A DNA stretch of 63,866 nucleotides, filler included, from Cercozoa sp. M6MM (GCA_040357565.1; 11 parts of 11 records of this genome joined end to end with filler, not necessarily neighbours in it); one strand, 5' to 3'; shown: positions 1 through 13,498, numbered from the whole stretch's first letter. The notes: a model not told the origin generated them from the letters alone. Translations and numbers: made by a program.

Positions 1-47
<47 letters not shown>
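1..47. repeat. (AC)n microsatellite, intronic, contig end
   Basis: Seen directly; lies just past the GT donor of the last DGK exon on the contig. Confidence 0.95.
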
Positions 48-48
<1 letters not shown>

Positions 49-56
49 GGGCGTAC

Positions 57-2405
57 CTGCACAGCGACGGGTTTGAGAACGCGGATGCGCACGCGCGTGG
101 CTTGCGCCAGACGTGCGGCGTGCCCAAGTTTCACTCGCACCTTTGCCATATCAAAAGAGTAAGGATAAGCAATTTAGCCATCGAGCGCTCTCTACCTTGA
201 TGTGATTCCAGACACCACGTGTCGACATCACCTCGATACGACCGTCACCCATGCTGGGCGGTGTCCACTGTCAAACAACAATGCATATAGGTACTTAGGG
301 GGTTCTGCTATGAAAATGAGAGCCGGAGTACTTCAGACACGCGATCGGCTCGAGCGGTGCTCGTTGAGTTGCCCCAGAAGTACACTCTGCATTGATCCAT
401 ACAGTTAAACACAGTGCAGAAAATCTGTCCACACGCCAAAGTGTAAAAATTGAATACCCGTTTGCTGCAGAGTTAATATTGATGAGTTTTAGACTACAGA
501 AAGACACGAGGAGTGATGAGGAAAGTAGTGAGAAGTATAGGAAACTACGATCTCGTGTGCGCAGGCAACTCGATACGTTCCTCTTTGTCACCCTCGGTGA
601 CGTAGATCTCCCTGCAACACAACAACCCGTCATGAAGGGTTACAAAAACATGAGAAATGCCGTACACGCGGTCATTGATGGGTGGATGTTGACTGCGCAT
701 TTCTTGCAGCGACAGTCGCATGTACTGTGCCTTGTTTCGCAGCTACAAAAATAATTGAAGGAGGTAAACGGAGAACAGAGACGGAGAAAACACGGAACAA
801 GAGGTAGTGGAAAAGGAGCGGCAGGGTACAGGAGAGGTAAACTTGTGTGGCATGATTTCACGTCGCTCGTGAAACCGATGCGCGACATGAGCATCATAAC
901 CTGTGCACACGTACAGTGTGACAAAAACCAATATTGGTAGCTAGGGCCGCAGAAGTACCCAAGGATAGGTAGCACACGAAACTATCGGGACGACGCGTCG
1001 GTTTCGACGCCTGTTCGAGGGATAAGAGTAAAAGGAACAAAAGGGAAAGCGAGAATCAGGTTGTGCCAGCAATTCGGCGCACTGTTGGCGTTGTCCCACT
1101 GGCGCCGAGTCCGGCGGTGCTCTAGGCGCTATAAAATTTTGGTATTCAAGACACATTTGATCGCGATCAGTTAAAAGTAAAAACAGAGAAAGCTACCCAC
1201 TGCGAGGTGTCCGGGAGCCGACTGGGCACTGAGACGGGGCGATGACTACAAGAGCACAAGAGCACATATCTGTATCGTCGCACAGCTTCAAAAAGATACT
1301 TACATTAAGTGCAGAGCGATGTAACTGCGGCGGTTCTTCTTCACTCTGCAATCATGGTAGAGACAGGGATAACAACGGGGTATCGGGAAGGGAGTTCAAG
1401 GGGTTGGAGTTAAGATACACCGGAGTCGAGGATAGCAATGTCATCATCCGGCTCAGGCAGCGAGAGCTCTGACTCCGGTTCAGCAGGTTCATCCTGACAG
1501 CTGCCGCACAAGCTGTCCATATCGTCGAGGAATCTGCAGTGCCAGTGGTCCAGCTGGACCAGTTCAGACCGGATGGATACGAGCGCTGTTAGTCGCTTGT
1601 GGCTACACACGCAACGGGTCGCAACATTGACCGAACAAGGTGGTGAAAGAACTGTACATGTTGCGTATCGAGTAGGATAGAACATTGTTCCAGCCACTGG
1701 CACGCGACAGGTCATTTCCGGTGCCCAAAGGCAGTAGTCCGATCTGAGTGGTAGCAACGAATGCAAGGGCAACAAGGTTAAAGCACTAAATTTTAATACC
1801 GGGATGGCATCGGCTGTAATTCCGAGTCGCCGAAGCTATCCAGAGGCACACACATTCAACTCGACCGACACAGGAACAAAATCTACTGTACCTGCTCGTT
1901 GCAGATGCGCTCGAGCATGGCAATGCCGAAACTGGCCGTACCATCGCCACCACCGATTAACACACTACAAAGGGTACGGGTAAAAGGGAAAGCAGACCGA
2001 GAAAAGCGTTTTAAACACATGAGGTACCGCAAACGGCGCCGCTGTGTTACATCAAGCGACAATAGAAAATCACGCGCCTCCTGAGTTGCTCTACTCCACA
2101 CAAAATAGGCGCAAAATTGTGCGGACCAACCTAAATACCGCTCTCGTACTTCGCCGTCCTTCGACACCAACGAAAGTAGTGAAACTGCGTGAGCGCCCAT
2201 GTTTCTGAGATCATCGAGGACCATTTGGCCCAGTCGGCCGCCACTCTTGGCGTTGACCAGGGCCAACACAGGCGTGTTGGGCGGGTCGAATACATCTGTT
2301 GAGACATCAAAAGATGGTGCATCTCCCCCCCCCCCTCGCATGCCGAGTTGCTTAGAGTGTTGTACCTGCGTTGTCGGCAGCGGTACACGTTATGCAACGC
2401 AACAT
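57..2405 (-). CDS. DGK: Diacylglycerol kinase (catalytic + accessory domains), multi-exon, 3' partial
   Basis: Spliced motifs VNAKSGG, IGGGDGT, LPLGTGNDLSR, LDHW, YLSLGYDAHVAHRFHERRE, DGRIEV, RLAQ...VAVQ; probable ATG at 2405. Confidence 0.92.
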
Positions 2406-2784
2406 TCTCACGGGCACGATCTCGCACTATCGCAACACGAAAGGAAGTGTTCGTTTTTTCAACTACAGAAAATACAGATTTTCATCATTTTCACCGATAC
2501 CGGTTAAACTATCCTCTGTGTCTGCACAAAGCGCGTAGACGCAAAACTATAACCGCTGAATGACACGAAAGTGTAATACGTAAGAGAAAAGGCACAAAAA
2601 TTGCGGGGAAATCGCTCTGGGCAGGGCAGCTGGATCGGTGCCTGCCGAGTAGTTTGATCAACCATTACCGATTATTAACAGAAAATAGTCGTCTTGGACT
2701 AGCAACGACTCCACTCTCGCTGCAGTGCAACCGTGACGGTTTCGTCTGCTACAGTCGAACAAAAAGGCACTTGGGTGTAGGCGG

Positions 2785-3999
2785 CTAGTAGTGAGCAAAC
2801 AACGATTGCAAAAGCTGCTCGACTTCGCCTGCCTTGGCGAATGGCACCTGTTTATGTAAAAGGACACACTCAAGTAGTTTGTTATCTAAGCATCGGAAAA
2901 ATCGGACCACCGAGAGTTGCGATACCTTGGCCGGGTCAGAAGAGTAATGCACTTTTTCAAACCTACAAACAAAGGAAGCGAACGAGTAATTGATGTGAGA
3001 GACAGAAACAAGATGGAATGGGGCATACAGTTCGCCAAGGCGTCGCCAACGCGGCAAAACCAAATCAACGTGCTCGTTTCGCAGGGCCGCCTGCGCGTAC
3101 AGTCAAGAGAGAAGCAAAACAGAGAGGGCAAGGTACCCTCAAGGAAACGTCATCGACACGGAAGTGGCGCTGCTCGGACAGCACCTGCTGCAGCGAAGTC
3201 GCCATGCGCAGCAACAATTTTTTGGCCGCACGTTTCGCGCGTCCTTTTAGCTAAGAACACAGGAGAATCACGGCAACAGCATGGAGGTGCGGTGAAAAGT
3301 ATAGATACCACAATAGCACCGGACCCATTGTCCTGATTGTACTGCGTGTGCGAGGGCGACGTCAGAGTATACTAAACGAGAGGAAGTGAGGAAACACAAA
3401 CATCAACAGCAGCAAATAAGTCTTACTGACGTGCTGTCAGAGAAAACCGACTCGGTGTCTGCCACTCGTTCTAAGAGTACACCAACAGGGTAAAGTTTAA
3501 AAGGAATACAAAAAGAATCAAAAGATACCATGCTGCCCACTGCCTAATGCTGCAACGGCATGCGACAGATCCACTTGTTGAACTGAAGGAACATGCGTAT
3601 CGTGTCCCGGCTAGACATCTGACAGTCTACCCTGCCCAGATAAGTTGCTACCCTGGCCATGCACGTGCACAGTGACATTAATCTTCTGGAAAGCACTGGC
3701 TGCGCTGTCCAATGCGTGCACCTGCGCCTTCCACGAGTCGCGTGCGAACGAGTCGCGCAGACGTACCAAAACGCGCTGCGTGTCCGGCACCGTGTTGCTT
3801 GACTGCAGGAAAATTGAAATAAAGACTCAATCTGAGTAAAGGTAAGAATATGACACGGCAAACAGAGGCCGCAACTGATCGTCCTGCTCGATTTCTCTAC
3901 ATTAAAAGAGGTAAATTGGAAAATGGGCACAAAGGGTAGAACGGGAGTACTGCAGCAAAAAGTGAGCATTCACAATCGCCGACAGCCACTGCAGTGCAC
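2785..3999 (-). CDS. Hypothetical multi-exon protein, 5' partial
   Basis: Chain of GT-AG-bounded exons ending ...VPFAKAGEVEQLLQSLFAHY*; no recognisable motif. Confidence 0.5.
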
Positions 4000-4019
4000 C
4001 TGTGCCGGTCTGTTTCAAC

Positions 4020-4224
<205 letters not shown>

Positions 4225-4241
4225 ACAGAGATAAGCATCAA

Positions 4242-4341
4242 NNNNNNNNNNNNNNNNNNNNNNNNNNNNNNNNNNNNNNNNNNNNTTAATTAATTAANNN
4301 NNNNNNNNNNNNNNNNNNNNNNNNNNNNNNNNNNNNNNNNN
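4242..4341. other. Artificial contig linker (Ns + TTAATTAATTAA six-frame stop); also at 11732, 16820, 21913, 29408, 33499, 37611, 54934, 58288, 62667
   Basis: Same 100-nt N/TTAATTAATTAA/N block repeated 10 times. Confidence 0.98.
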
Positions 4342-4362
4342 CCCCCCCCCCCCTGCATGTAG

Positions 4363-4485
4363 GAGAAGGCGGAGCGGTATCAGCGCAGTGCACGCAAGAC
4401 ACAGTGCTGCATTCTGGTGGTGGCCCTCGTCATTCTCGGTGTCATTCTCGGGCCTGTGCTCGGTGTCGTGCTCAAGAAGGGCTGA
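4363..4485 (+). CDS. Syntaxin (Qa-SNARE) last exon
   Basis: After an AG: EKAERYQRSARKTQCCILVVALVILGVILGPVLGVVLKKG*, a KA..YQ..AR motif followed by a C-terminal TM anchor. Confidence 0.8.
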   Translation, partial: EKAERYQRSARKTQCCILVVALVILGVILGPVLGVVLKKG

Positions 4486-4628
4486 ACACTAAGGATTCAT
4501 TCATGTAAGTTTTTCGTTCCTAGCCTCCGGTAGCGTCGTCTTAGTTGGGTTGTTTAGTGTCGCGACTTCAGCAGTCTATTGATTTTGACACACTGCAATA
4601 CGAATACATAAGGCAGCAGCACGCGATG

Positions 4629-5680
4629 TCAGCTGTCAGCTGGACCGGCGGCGGCCTTCTTTCGGCGCTTCTTGCGTCTGCGGCGTTTCTTTGCGTCGCT
4701 TTTGGTCGGTGTCGCAGTGAGAGTGTGAGTGTCGTTGTTCGCACTGTCTTTGGTCACAACTGGTGACGTTGCTTTGGTTTCCCTGTCGACTTGTGCAGCT
4801 CGCACGGCACGTAGTCGAATTATGTCGGTGCTTTTGACTGAAAGGACCCTTCAATGATAGAATGCACAAAAGAAGAGGAATAAAGCCTACCAGCGACGCG
4901 ACACAGCATCTGCGCGTCTTCGTCATCGACGATACGCGCGTTGTTCTTGTCGAACTGCACAAGTGAAATCACGTTGTCAAAAAATACAAGACAAAGCTGA
5001 CGCTACAAGTCGGATCTTGCACTCCTTGGAACACTGGAACTTGCGTTTGATTGCACTGTGCAGCGAGTCCAGCGTGACGTCATTCGCGTTCGCCTGCTGG
5101 CGGAACTGAACATTGCGAATCTCGTCCTCCAGTTGAACGAGAAAGCATATCGACTGTTCATCCGAGCTTTCAGTTTCGGCAGGTCTTTTCGCTTTCTGTT
5201 TATTGCGTCGGCAGCAGCAGAACAGGCGCGAAGCAACACTGCGCTTCTGCATCGCTTGTGATTTCGCTGCTCGCGCTCTTGCATCTTTATCTTTGCTTTC
5301 GCTCTCGCTTTGGGTTTTCTTCGTCTTGTTTCGGCGAAAGCACGATTGAAGCCAAGAAAGCACCGAAAACCACTGCTTTCGCAAAAGCTGCAAAGCTGAG
5401 CCAAAGAAGAGCACCAAAAAATACAGGAACGGCAGCAGCGGGACGCCCAAAGCAAAGACAACAACAAAGCACGAGACCAGCTGCACTATCAGCAGCATAT
5501 CGCTCTCTTGCGGGTATCCAGCCGCCATCCAGTGGTACAGCCGCCCATGCAGGTCGCTCACTCTGCGTCGAATTAAAGCGGACCGCGCCCAAGCAGACAA
5601 AAAAGGAGGTACCTCAGAACTGCATTCTCGACAACTTGATCAAGCTCTAGATCTAGAGGCAGCAGGTCTTCTATCTGCAT
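4629..5680 (-). CDS. Hypothetical membrane protein with basic C-terminal tail
   Basis: MQIEDLLPLDL... spliced; hydrophobic segment LLIVQLVSCFVVVFALGVPLLPF; likely ends KKRRRRKKRRKKAAAGPADS*. Confidence 0.55.
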
Positions 5681-5743
5681 TTCTGTGGTGTACCAACTAC
5701 GCGCACACTTGTGAGCAGCCCTAAGCTCCTTTCAGCCCTCAAG

Positions 5744-7769
5744 TCAACGTTTTGATCTTTCGATCGGCGTAGTACAGCGTTGTACTGCACTGTAACGATA
5801 GTGACGCTGGGAACTTACGCTGCACGGCCGCGGTGCGTTATTGTAATTGAACACAATGATTCCGGCTCTTACTGTTCCTCGCGTCGTTTGGAGAGATGCA
5901 GCATGCGGTCGAGCGTTTGGCGAGCTTGCATCTCGGCAGCTTGGCGTCTCTTGCGCTCGATAAGTTGCTGCACCGAAAACACAGCAGCGTAGAAAGGAAC
6001 ATACTGGCAACACGGTTGGCAAAGGGCGACGTACCCGTTCCTTCATGCGCAACCGCTGCTGTGCCTCGTATTCCTCTCTTCTCTTGATGGCCTGATGTGA
6101 AACAGTTGTCTGCCAAAACTTTTGTAGTTTGGGGATATAAAACAGTACCTCGTCGGATTCTTCGTGTTCTTGTTGCTGACGGTGCAAGTAGCTCTCCAGC
6201 TGCTTTCTTGTGAAACTACGCGCACGCACCAAGCATATGCAAAACAAAAGCCAAGTACAGGCAGAGCAATGGGTACTCATCAGTCGCGAAATCAGGAGGC
6301 ATCACTGACCGCAGACCTCTGGGAAAGAAAACAGCAAGCAAGTTTAGTTGAATGTACACAGTCCCCCACAAGAGTATGTACCGAACGAAAGGTCTCTTGC
6401 GACACCGCAGTAATCGCGAAGTATTCCTTGCCTGAGCACACCCAGGTAGCTCAAGGGATACAGAAAGAAGGAGAGCATGAGAGACGGGACAATTTACAGC
6501 CAGTTCGATCGGAGTGCGTACGCGCGGCTGCGCTTGTCGCCGAAGTTTCAGCAAACGGTCGAGCAGAGAGATGGCGCGGCCACCCGAGTAATGATGTGCG
6601 TAGGTCAGTCCCTGCAGGTGGGGTGGAGTAACAGGGGACACGAGGACAGGCAAGGTGGAGGTAACAGGGAACACGGATGAGTACCATAGAGAGCGCGGTG
6701 ACTGCTGTGTAGTCACGTGACACATTGCGAGGCGGCAACGACCAGCCGCGCGAGAGCCAGTGCGTGCCGAGTGTGCACACGCGGCGGTACTTGGTCGTGC
6801 CTTCCTCTTGCTGACTGTTGCACATAGCACAAACACACCGAGTGGGCATGAGTGTCAGTTGGTCGCTTTTCGTAGTGGCACGTAGTACCGTGGCAAGTCA
6901 AGTGGCTCCTGCGACGGTGCCGTTGATGCGAGTGCACGTGCCCACTGACGTGCCTGCAAGGCGTCGTGCGACACGTTCAGCACACTCGTCAACAGTTCGC
7001 GCACCTCCTTCTCTGTACAAAACAAGTTCATGTGAGTACAAAGAAACTGTACATACGCACGCCGGCTACAGATGTACCATGCAGCTGCAGCCACTCGCGA
7101 TGCCGTGCCAGTGACACGAGGAACAGCGCTGCCGCTGCTCGCGTCTCTGCCGACACTTCTCTCTCTGTGCACGAGAGAGGCTACGATAGTTTAATTGGGA
7201 AAAGAGGCATCGCGGTGCCCAAAGTACCAGGCGAGACATCGACGGAGTGCGCAATGACACGGAGTGCCTCGAGCCAGTAGGTATCGTCGCTGAGATTGGC
7301 CGCATGGTCCACCAGTTGCGTCAGCCAGTTACCTTTCTGTGGACACAAATTTTGAGCCTACACACCAGCGTGAGTTTGAACGTCAACGTAGAACTTACAG
7401 CAAGCGTGGCATGCGACAGGGTCTTGGACTCAATCTGCGTATTCAATAGCCGCTCTCCCAGGGCCTACAATTCAAGAATATTCAGACATGTATCTCATCT
7501 CTAAAATGCCAGTGTACAATCTCAATCGCCTTTTCGCCTCCCTGACAACAGGCAAAACGGTATGCATCACATGGCCCAATCGTGCAGGGTGTACCAGCAG
7601 CGGTGCCCGCGATCGGGGTGCGTCGCGCACGATGCGCCGTAACAACCCTTTCAGCGACGGCCTGGTGGCGAATGACATTTTCAAAACTGCGTGCACACCG
7701 CAGCGCACGCGCACGGATGTGTGCAATACAGAAAACAGTGTGGGCTCAACCGTTGACCTCGGGGATCAT
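5744..7769 (-). CDS. Hypothetical multi-exon protein (ends approximate)
   Basis: About ten exons that splice in frame with GT-AG; no family recognised. Confidence 0.55.
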
Positions 7770-7938
7770 TGATACAGCTTTGTACAGTACTGAGCCGGAA
7801 TTGCGGCAATGATCGATTGATCTCATGTGTTTGCCGGCGTGCTGTATAGCTGGGTGCGCTGTGCCTGCTGAACCAGAAGAACGAAGTGTTCGCACGCATC
7901 TGCATCCGTTGATAGGGAGTAAGGACTTCGGGGTGTTG

Positions 7939-10900
7939 ATGGATCACACGGCTTTGGAGGCGTGCAAGGTGGGATTCGTTTGTCCGTTTGTCGACCTCGT
8001 TAGACCCTGTGGCTTCTTAAATTTCCTCCCTGTTACCGCTGTCATCTCTGCGCAGGTGGTCTGGTCGAATGCGCCTCATCTGGATGAGATCGACCGCGTG
8101 TGCGTGCTGAGGGAAAGCGACGACGATGCCAGCGGTCACTTGGTGACGGTACACGACACCGGCGAGATAACCGTCTGGAATACCGACCGCGGCGCACGAG
8201 CATACCGTCCGAGTGCGTTGATTGTACCGCCGGGACGGCATCGTGTGACCTCGGTGCTGCGCAACGTCGTGCTGCGCGGACAACCGGTACACAGTTCCGT
8301 CTGTCTGCTCTGTTTATGCCTGAACCTGATCTTTGACTTGACTTTGCTTGACTTGATTTGACTTGCTTTGACTTGCTTTGACTTGCTTTGACTTGATCTG
8401 ACTTGACTGGTGTGTGAGCAGAGTTTCCTGGTCGGTACCGCCGACGGTTTGATCACAGCGTACGCACGTGCTGGCTACTCGGTGGTACAACCTGCCCTCC
8501 GTTACCCGTCTCACTTCCTGTTTACCATCTCTTGACTCCTCTTACTCTTTTTGCCTTTGCTGCTCCCTTTACCCCTCCCCATCGCAGGCATTCACTCTGC
8601 TGAGTGCACCAATCGATCTGATGGTCGGTTTCAACAGCAGCAACTTTGCAGGTAGTACTAACCCCCCCCCCCCGTGCCTGTGTGTCTGAACAAGCCTGTT
8701 CATGGAGGTGTGTGCATGCAGACAACGTGCGAGGCAGGCGGCCGAGTGCACCGTGGACGCACGTGCTGTGCGTGTCGAAACGCGACTCGGCTGTCGACAT
8801 TCTGCGCGTCGGCGATCTGTCCCTCGTGGCCACTCTCAAGCGTGCTTCTGACTTTACCCCCCCCCCTAGTCTCTTCTTCCCCCTCTTACTCCCCATTTAC
8901 CCCCATTTACCCCCATTTACCCCCATTTACNNNNNNNNNNNNNNNNNNNNNNNNNNNNNNNNNNNNNNNNNNNNNNNNNNNNNNNNNNNNNNNNNNNNNN
9001 NNNNNNNNNNNNNNNNNNNNNNNNNNNNNNCCCCCCCCCTTGTCTCTTCTTCCCCCTCTTACTCCCCATTTACCCCCCTTTACCCCCATTTACCCCCCTT
9101 TACCCCCATTTACCCCCCCCCCCCGGTACCCCGACCCGCAGACCCGGTGGGCCACAACGTGGTGAGTGCGGCCGTGCACCGCGACCGCGCCTTTGTCGTG
9201 TGCAGCAACGGCGCGTGTTTCGTGTGGCGACTCAACGCTTTTCCCTCGCTGCTGACGCACTTCTCGCTGGTAGCCACGCTGCTTGGCTACAGTCAGTGCC
9301 CGTGTGAGAGAGGCTCAATGCATGCGCAGACACCGCAGGAGGCAATCACTGTGACGCAGGCCGAGATATGGCCGGCGCACGGACGCGTCTTTCTGGCCAA
9401 CGCACATGTCGTTGTCGCTTGCGACTGGAACCAACGATTGTGGGGTTTTCCGCTATTTTCTTGTTTTTTTCTCGGTATTTTTTGGCTACTTTTCGCTATA
9501 TTCTTTGCTTTTTCGTTATTTTTGTAGTTGTTTTCTGTTTTGATTTCTGTGTAATTTGCTCTGATCGCGCAGTCAAGTGTCGCACACTGAGATGAAAATT
9601 GCGCCACACAAAGCTCGGCGACAACGGTGCGTTTTCGCCTTCACTTTCGCTTTCGCTTTCGCTTTCGCTTTGGCCCGGGATAGCTTTCGCGCTTGCGCAG
9701 TCTGCTGAGTGCGAGTGCCGAGTACTTTGGCGTCGCGATTCAGTGTTTAAAAAGCAAAGAGACGAAAGTACGTGTTTTGCATCTTCCTCTCGGTACCGCT
9801 TTGCTCTTTGGTTTCGTCTGCTCACAGCTTTTTTTAATGTTGAAAAAGCAGAAAAAGCTTTGCGAAAAGCGACGAGAGTGGCGACGAAATCTCACAAGAT
9901 GCGCGCTTTGCGCTTCGAGTCGATTTCGCTGGAGAATGTGCCTCACGATGAAAACGAGGCGAACGACACACTGTGTCTCGTTGGCTTCGACTCGCGCTGG
10001 CGTCAGTTGCGACGCTTCGAGTTGCCTCGCTGCAAAAGCGACTCTTCGAGCGAAAGCGGCGTGCGACACAGCGTGCTGTTCGACTTGAACGTCTTGGACG
10101 CAGTTTTCATGCGCAATTTAATGTCGCCGCGTACTTCGAAAATCGACACTGAGATGAGTGAAGTACCTCACGAAAGCAACGATGAAAAGGATCGAAAAGG
10201 AGTCGAAACTGATGAAGAAAGCTGCGAAAACGTCGAAGCAACTCGCGAAAGCGACGAAGCGATTCGGAAAAGCGGCAAAGCAACACGTGAAAGAGACGAA
10301 GCAACTCGCGAAAGCGACGAGGCGAGTCGAAAACGAAGCGAACGCGACGAAGCAACTCATGAAAGCAGCGAAAGGCGACTGATGACGTCGTTCGACGACA
10401 GCATCGTCGGCGCAGGCGTCGTTGTGGCACGTGACACTGTGGGCTGCGATGGCTGCGTGCGCGAGGGCGAGGTGCGCGTGCACATGCTGCTGCCGCACGT
10501 GCGTCGCAGTGCACTCGTGCTGCGTCGTTCCGCCTTCTCGCAGCGGGTGGGACTTTGCCTTCCTCTTTACTCCCCTGTTACCCCCCCCCCCCCCGTTACC
10601 CCCGTTACCCCCTTCTCCCCTGCAGGTAGAGGCACTGACGAGCATGGTGGCGATCGGCGACCTGCCGAGCGAGTCGCCGCTGTCGTCGCACCGCGTGCTG
10701 CTGCTGCTGGCCGACGCTGCTGGTACCCTGTCCGCGCGGATGCGCAAATACACAGCGGGGACACATGGCCGAGCGGATGTGCAGGCGACCTCTTCGTCGT
10801 GTCGCTGCTGAACGGCGCTCTGCTGGCGCACGTGCGCGCTCTGTCGCGCGGTGCCGTCACGCGCTTCTTCCGCGCGGAAGCGGACGTGCCGCCGATCGGT

Positions 10901-11658
10901 CACTCGGACGGTGACGGTTGCGATCGCAGTGATCACGTGGTTTTTTCCACTGACACCGTCGACGACGTGCACGCGATCAATCTGCGACTGTGGGTTTTCT
11001 TACCGTCCCCCCACCTTTACCTTCTCTTTGCCCCCTTTACCCCATCCCCCCACCTTGACCCTCAATTTTACCCCTTTACCCCCTTGTCCCCTTATCCCCT
11101 TACCTCAGACTATCGGCGTCGAAACGCAGCGCTTTGCGAAGCGACGCTGTGACCACACTGACTAGTACGCCCCCTTTACCCACCTGCCGTGTGCTGACTG
11201 TACTGGACTGACTGGACTGACTGTACCGATCGATCAGACACGGGACTGGGTCGAGTGAGACACGTGCACCGTCAGTGTCGACAGCTGCGGCAGCGGCGAC
11301 TCTGCGCAGTCGAATTCGACGGCGGTGCTCTCGCCTTCGTCTCGCTCGACAATGGCGGGTACCTCCTCGGTCTTACCCCTCCCCCCGTTTACCCCCCTGT
11401 TTACCCCCTTTACCCCCTTGTCCCCCCCCCCCCAGAGAGGTGCAGCAGGTGCTGTCGCGGCAGCAGTACTTCTGCGTCGGTCAGTGGCTGGAGCGACGAC
11501 GTCGTGATACCGACGGTGCTGATACCGACGGTACTGTCACTGGCTACGTTGATACCACCGACGACGGTGTCGCCAATGATCTCGGCACTGTGGACGATGA
11601 TACCGACTCTGTCGACGACGGTTTCGAACACTATCACGGCGCTCTAGAACTGCCCTGG
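7939..11658 (+). CDS. WD40-repeat protein, WDR7/rabconnectin-3 beta-like, 3' partial
   Basis: VVWSNAPH...LVTVHDTGEITVW...YRPSALI resembles the WDR7 N-terminus; later LCAVEFDGGALAFVSLDNG blade; similarity judged by eye. Confidence 0.6.
10232..10375 (+). repeat. Coding tandem repeat (EATRESDEA-like)
   Basis: Repeated GAAGCAACTCGCGAAAGCGAC-like units inside an exon. Confidence 0.75.
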
Positions 11659-11883
11659 GTGCACTGTTTTTTCCCTCTTTTCGCCCCCTCTTTACCCCTC
11701 TTTACCCCCCTCTTTACCCCCTCTTTACCCCNNNNNNNNNNNNNNNNNNNNNNNNNNNNNNNNNNNNNNNNNNNNTTAATTAATTAANNNNNNNNNNNNN
11801 NNNNNNNNNNNNNNNNNNNNNNNNNNNNNNNGCGTGTGCGTGTGGGAGTGGGTAAAGGTGGGGTAAACCTGGTCTGTGTGCAG

Positions 11884-13240
11884 CAAGGGTCTCTGGGCGA
11901 TTCCGGAGTTCGACCCGTTCGCCGAGGAGGTATCGCTTTCTTTAGCTTCTTACCCCCTCTGTCCCTCTTTACCCCCTCTTACCCCCATGTGCAGAAGGCA
12001 GCGAAGAAGAAGGCGGAAACCGACGCCAAGATGGAGCAGCGGTAGCTTTAGCCCCCCCCCCATTGCCCCTTCATTACCCCCCCCGTAGCCGTGCGCAGCT
12101 GGTGGGAGCGTCGATGTGCCTCGGTGTGACGGAGTGCATCAACTCGGTCGAGTTCTACGCACAGGTGTGTTTTTACCACTCTATCCCAGGGGGGGGGGGG
12201 GGGGGGGGGTGATTTTACTATGCATGCAGGTTGCCGAGGATCCGCGTCTCAACTTTGTCGAGCACTGCATTGCCGAGGTGCGTCTGTCCAGAGGAAACTC
12301 GGCTGGGGGGGGGGGGGGGTAACATTGATATATGTCTGCACAGGAGGGCAACAAGGGCGCCTTCCAGTCCGAAGAAAACGTGCGCAAGGGCAGCACTGTG
12401 CTCGCTCTGTTCGAGGGTACCTCTACCCCCTCCCCTTTCTTACCCCGTCTTACCCCTTTACCCCTCTCCTACCCCCTCTTACCCTACTCTCGCAGGCGAG
12501 TGGTGCCGTGCCACGGTGCAGCGTCGCAGTCGCAACAAGCAGTCGGGCGAGTGGGCCTACCACGTCTTCTTCCTGGACTACGGCAACTCGAGCGAACTCA
12601 AGTTCGATCAGTTGCTGCCGATGCCGGCGCAGCTGCGGCAGGTGCTTTACCGCCTTTTACCCCACCCCACCCCTTTGCCCCCTACCCTTTACCCCCCCCC
12701 CCAGATTCCGGGTCTGGCGCGTCGCTTCGTTCTCGCCGGTCTGCGCGCTCCGGTGCGTTCTGATGCTGCTTTACCTCCTTATCCCCCGTTTACCCCCCCC
12801 CCCCCAGGGCGGGCGACTCGGCTACACGGAGCAGGCGCGCTTCACGCTGGCGGACTTCATTCTGGACAAGCGAGTGCAGGCCACGGTGAAGTACGTCGAT
12901 ACCGACGGCACCTTCCATGGTAAAACTCCATGTCTTAACCCCTACCTATACTACTCCCTTCATCTCCCTACCCCTCCTACTCCTTTTATCCCCTACTCAT
13001 ACTACTTTACCCCCCCCCCCCGCGCACGCAGTGCTGGTGGAGGCCTCGCTGGAGGACGGCGACAAGGTCGACGTGTCCACCGAGGTGGTGCGCCAAGGCT
13101 ATGCCTGTCTGGGCAACGTGCGTCCCGAGTGGGCACGCCAGGCCTGGCTCGCTGCACTCACCGAGGAGGAGCGACAGGCCGAGCAGGACTGCGTCGGCGT
13201 CTGGTACAACGGCGACTGGCGCGACGAGTCCGACGATTAG
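11884..13240 (+). CDS. SND1: Tudor staphylococcal nuclease C-terminus (end of SN4, Tudor, SN5), 5' partial
   Basis: Nine exons splice cleanly: KGLW, EFYAQ, ALFEGEWCRATV, VFFLDYGN, VRQGYA, GVWYNGDWRDESDD*. Confidence 0.92.
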
Positions 13241-13498
13241 GTCCGTCCGTCCGTCCTTCGAGTCGCATCACTCGACGGGGCCCGGCTACGCTGTCACTTC
13301 GCCAGCGCTCCTCACCGCCCCCTCAAAAGTTTGTTGAGTCTTGTATGAAACCAACGCAACTAAGTACCGCCCCCAAAAACTCAGTTACGTACACTAGAAT
13401 GCGCTGAACTGAACGTTTGATCCATTTATGCCACTGCAGCAGCCACGTACGGAAGAAACGAGGCACATGTTACTTAATACAAGACCGAACGGGCAAGG

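Noticed and set aside
4242-4341. Recurrent TTAATTAATTAA palindrome
   Set aside because: Synthetic six-frame-stop linker inside N runs
8855-9125. Duplicated C-rich block on both sides of a 100-N gap
   Set aside because: Probably the same intron assembled twice
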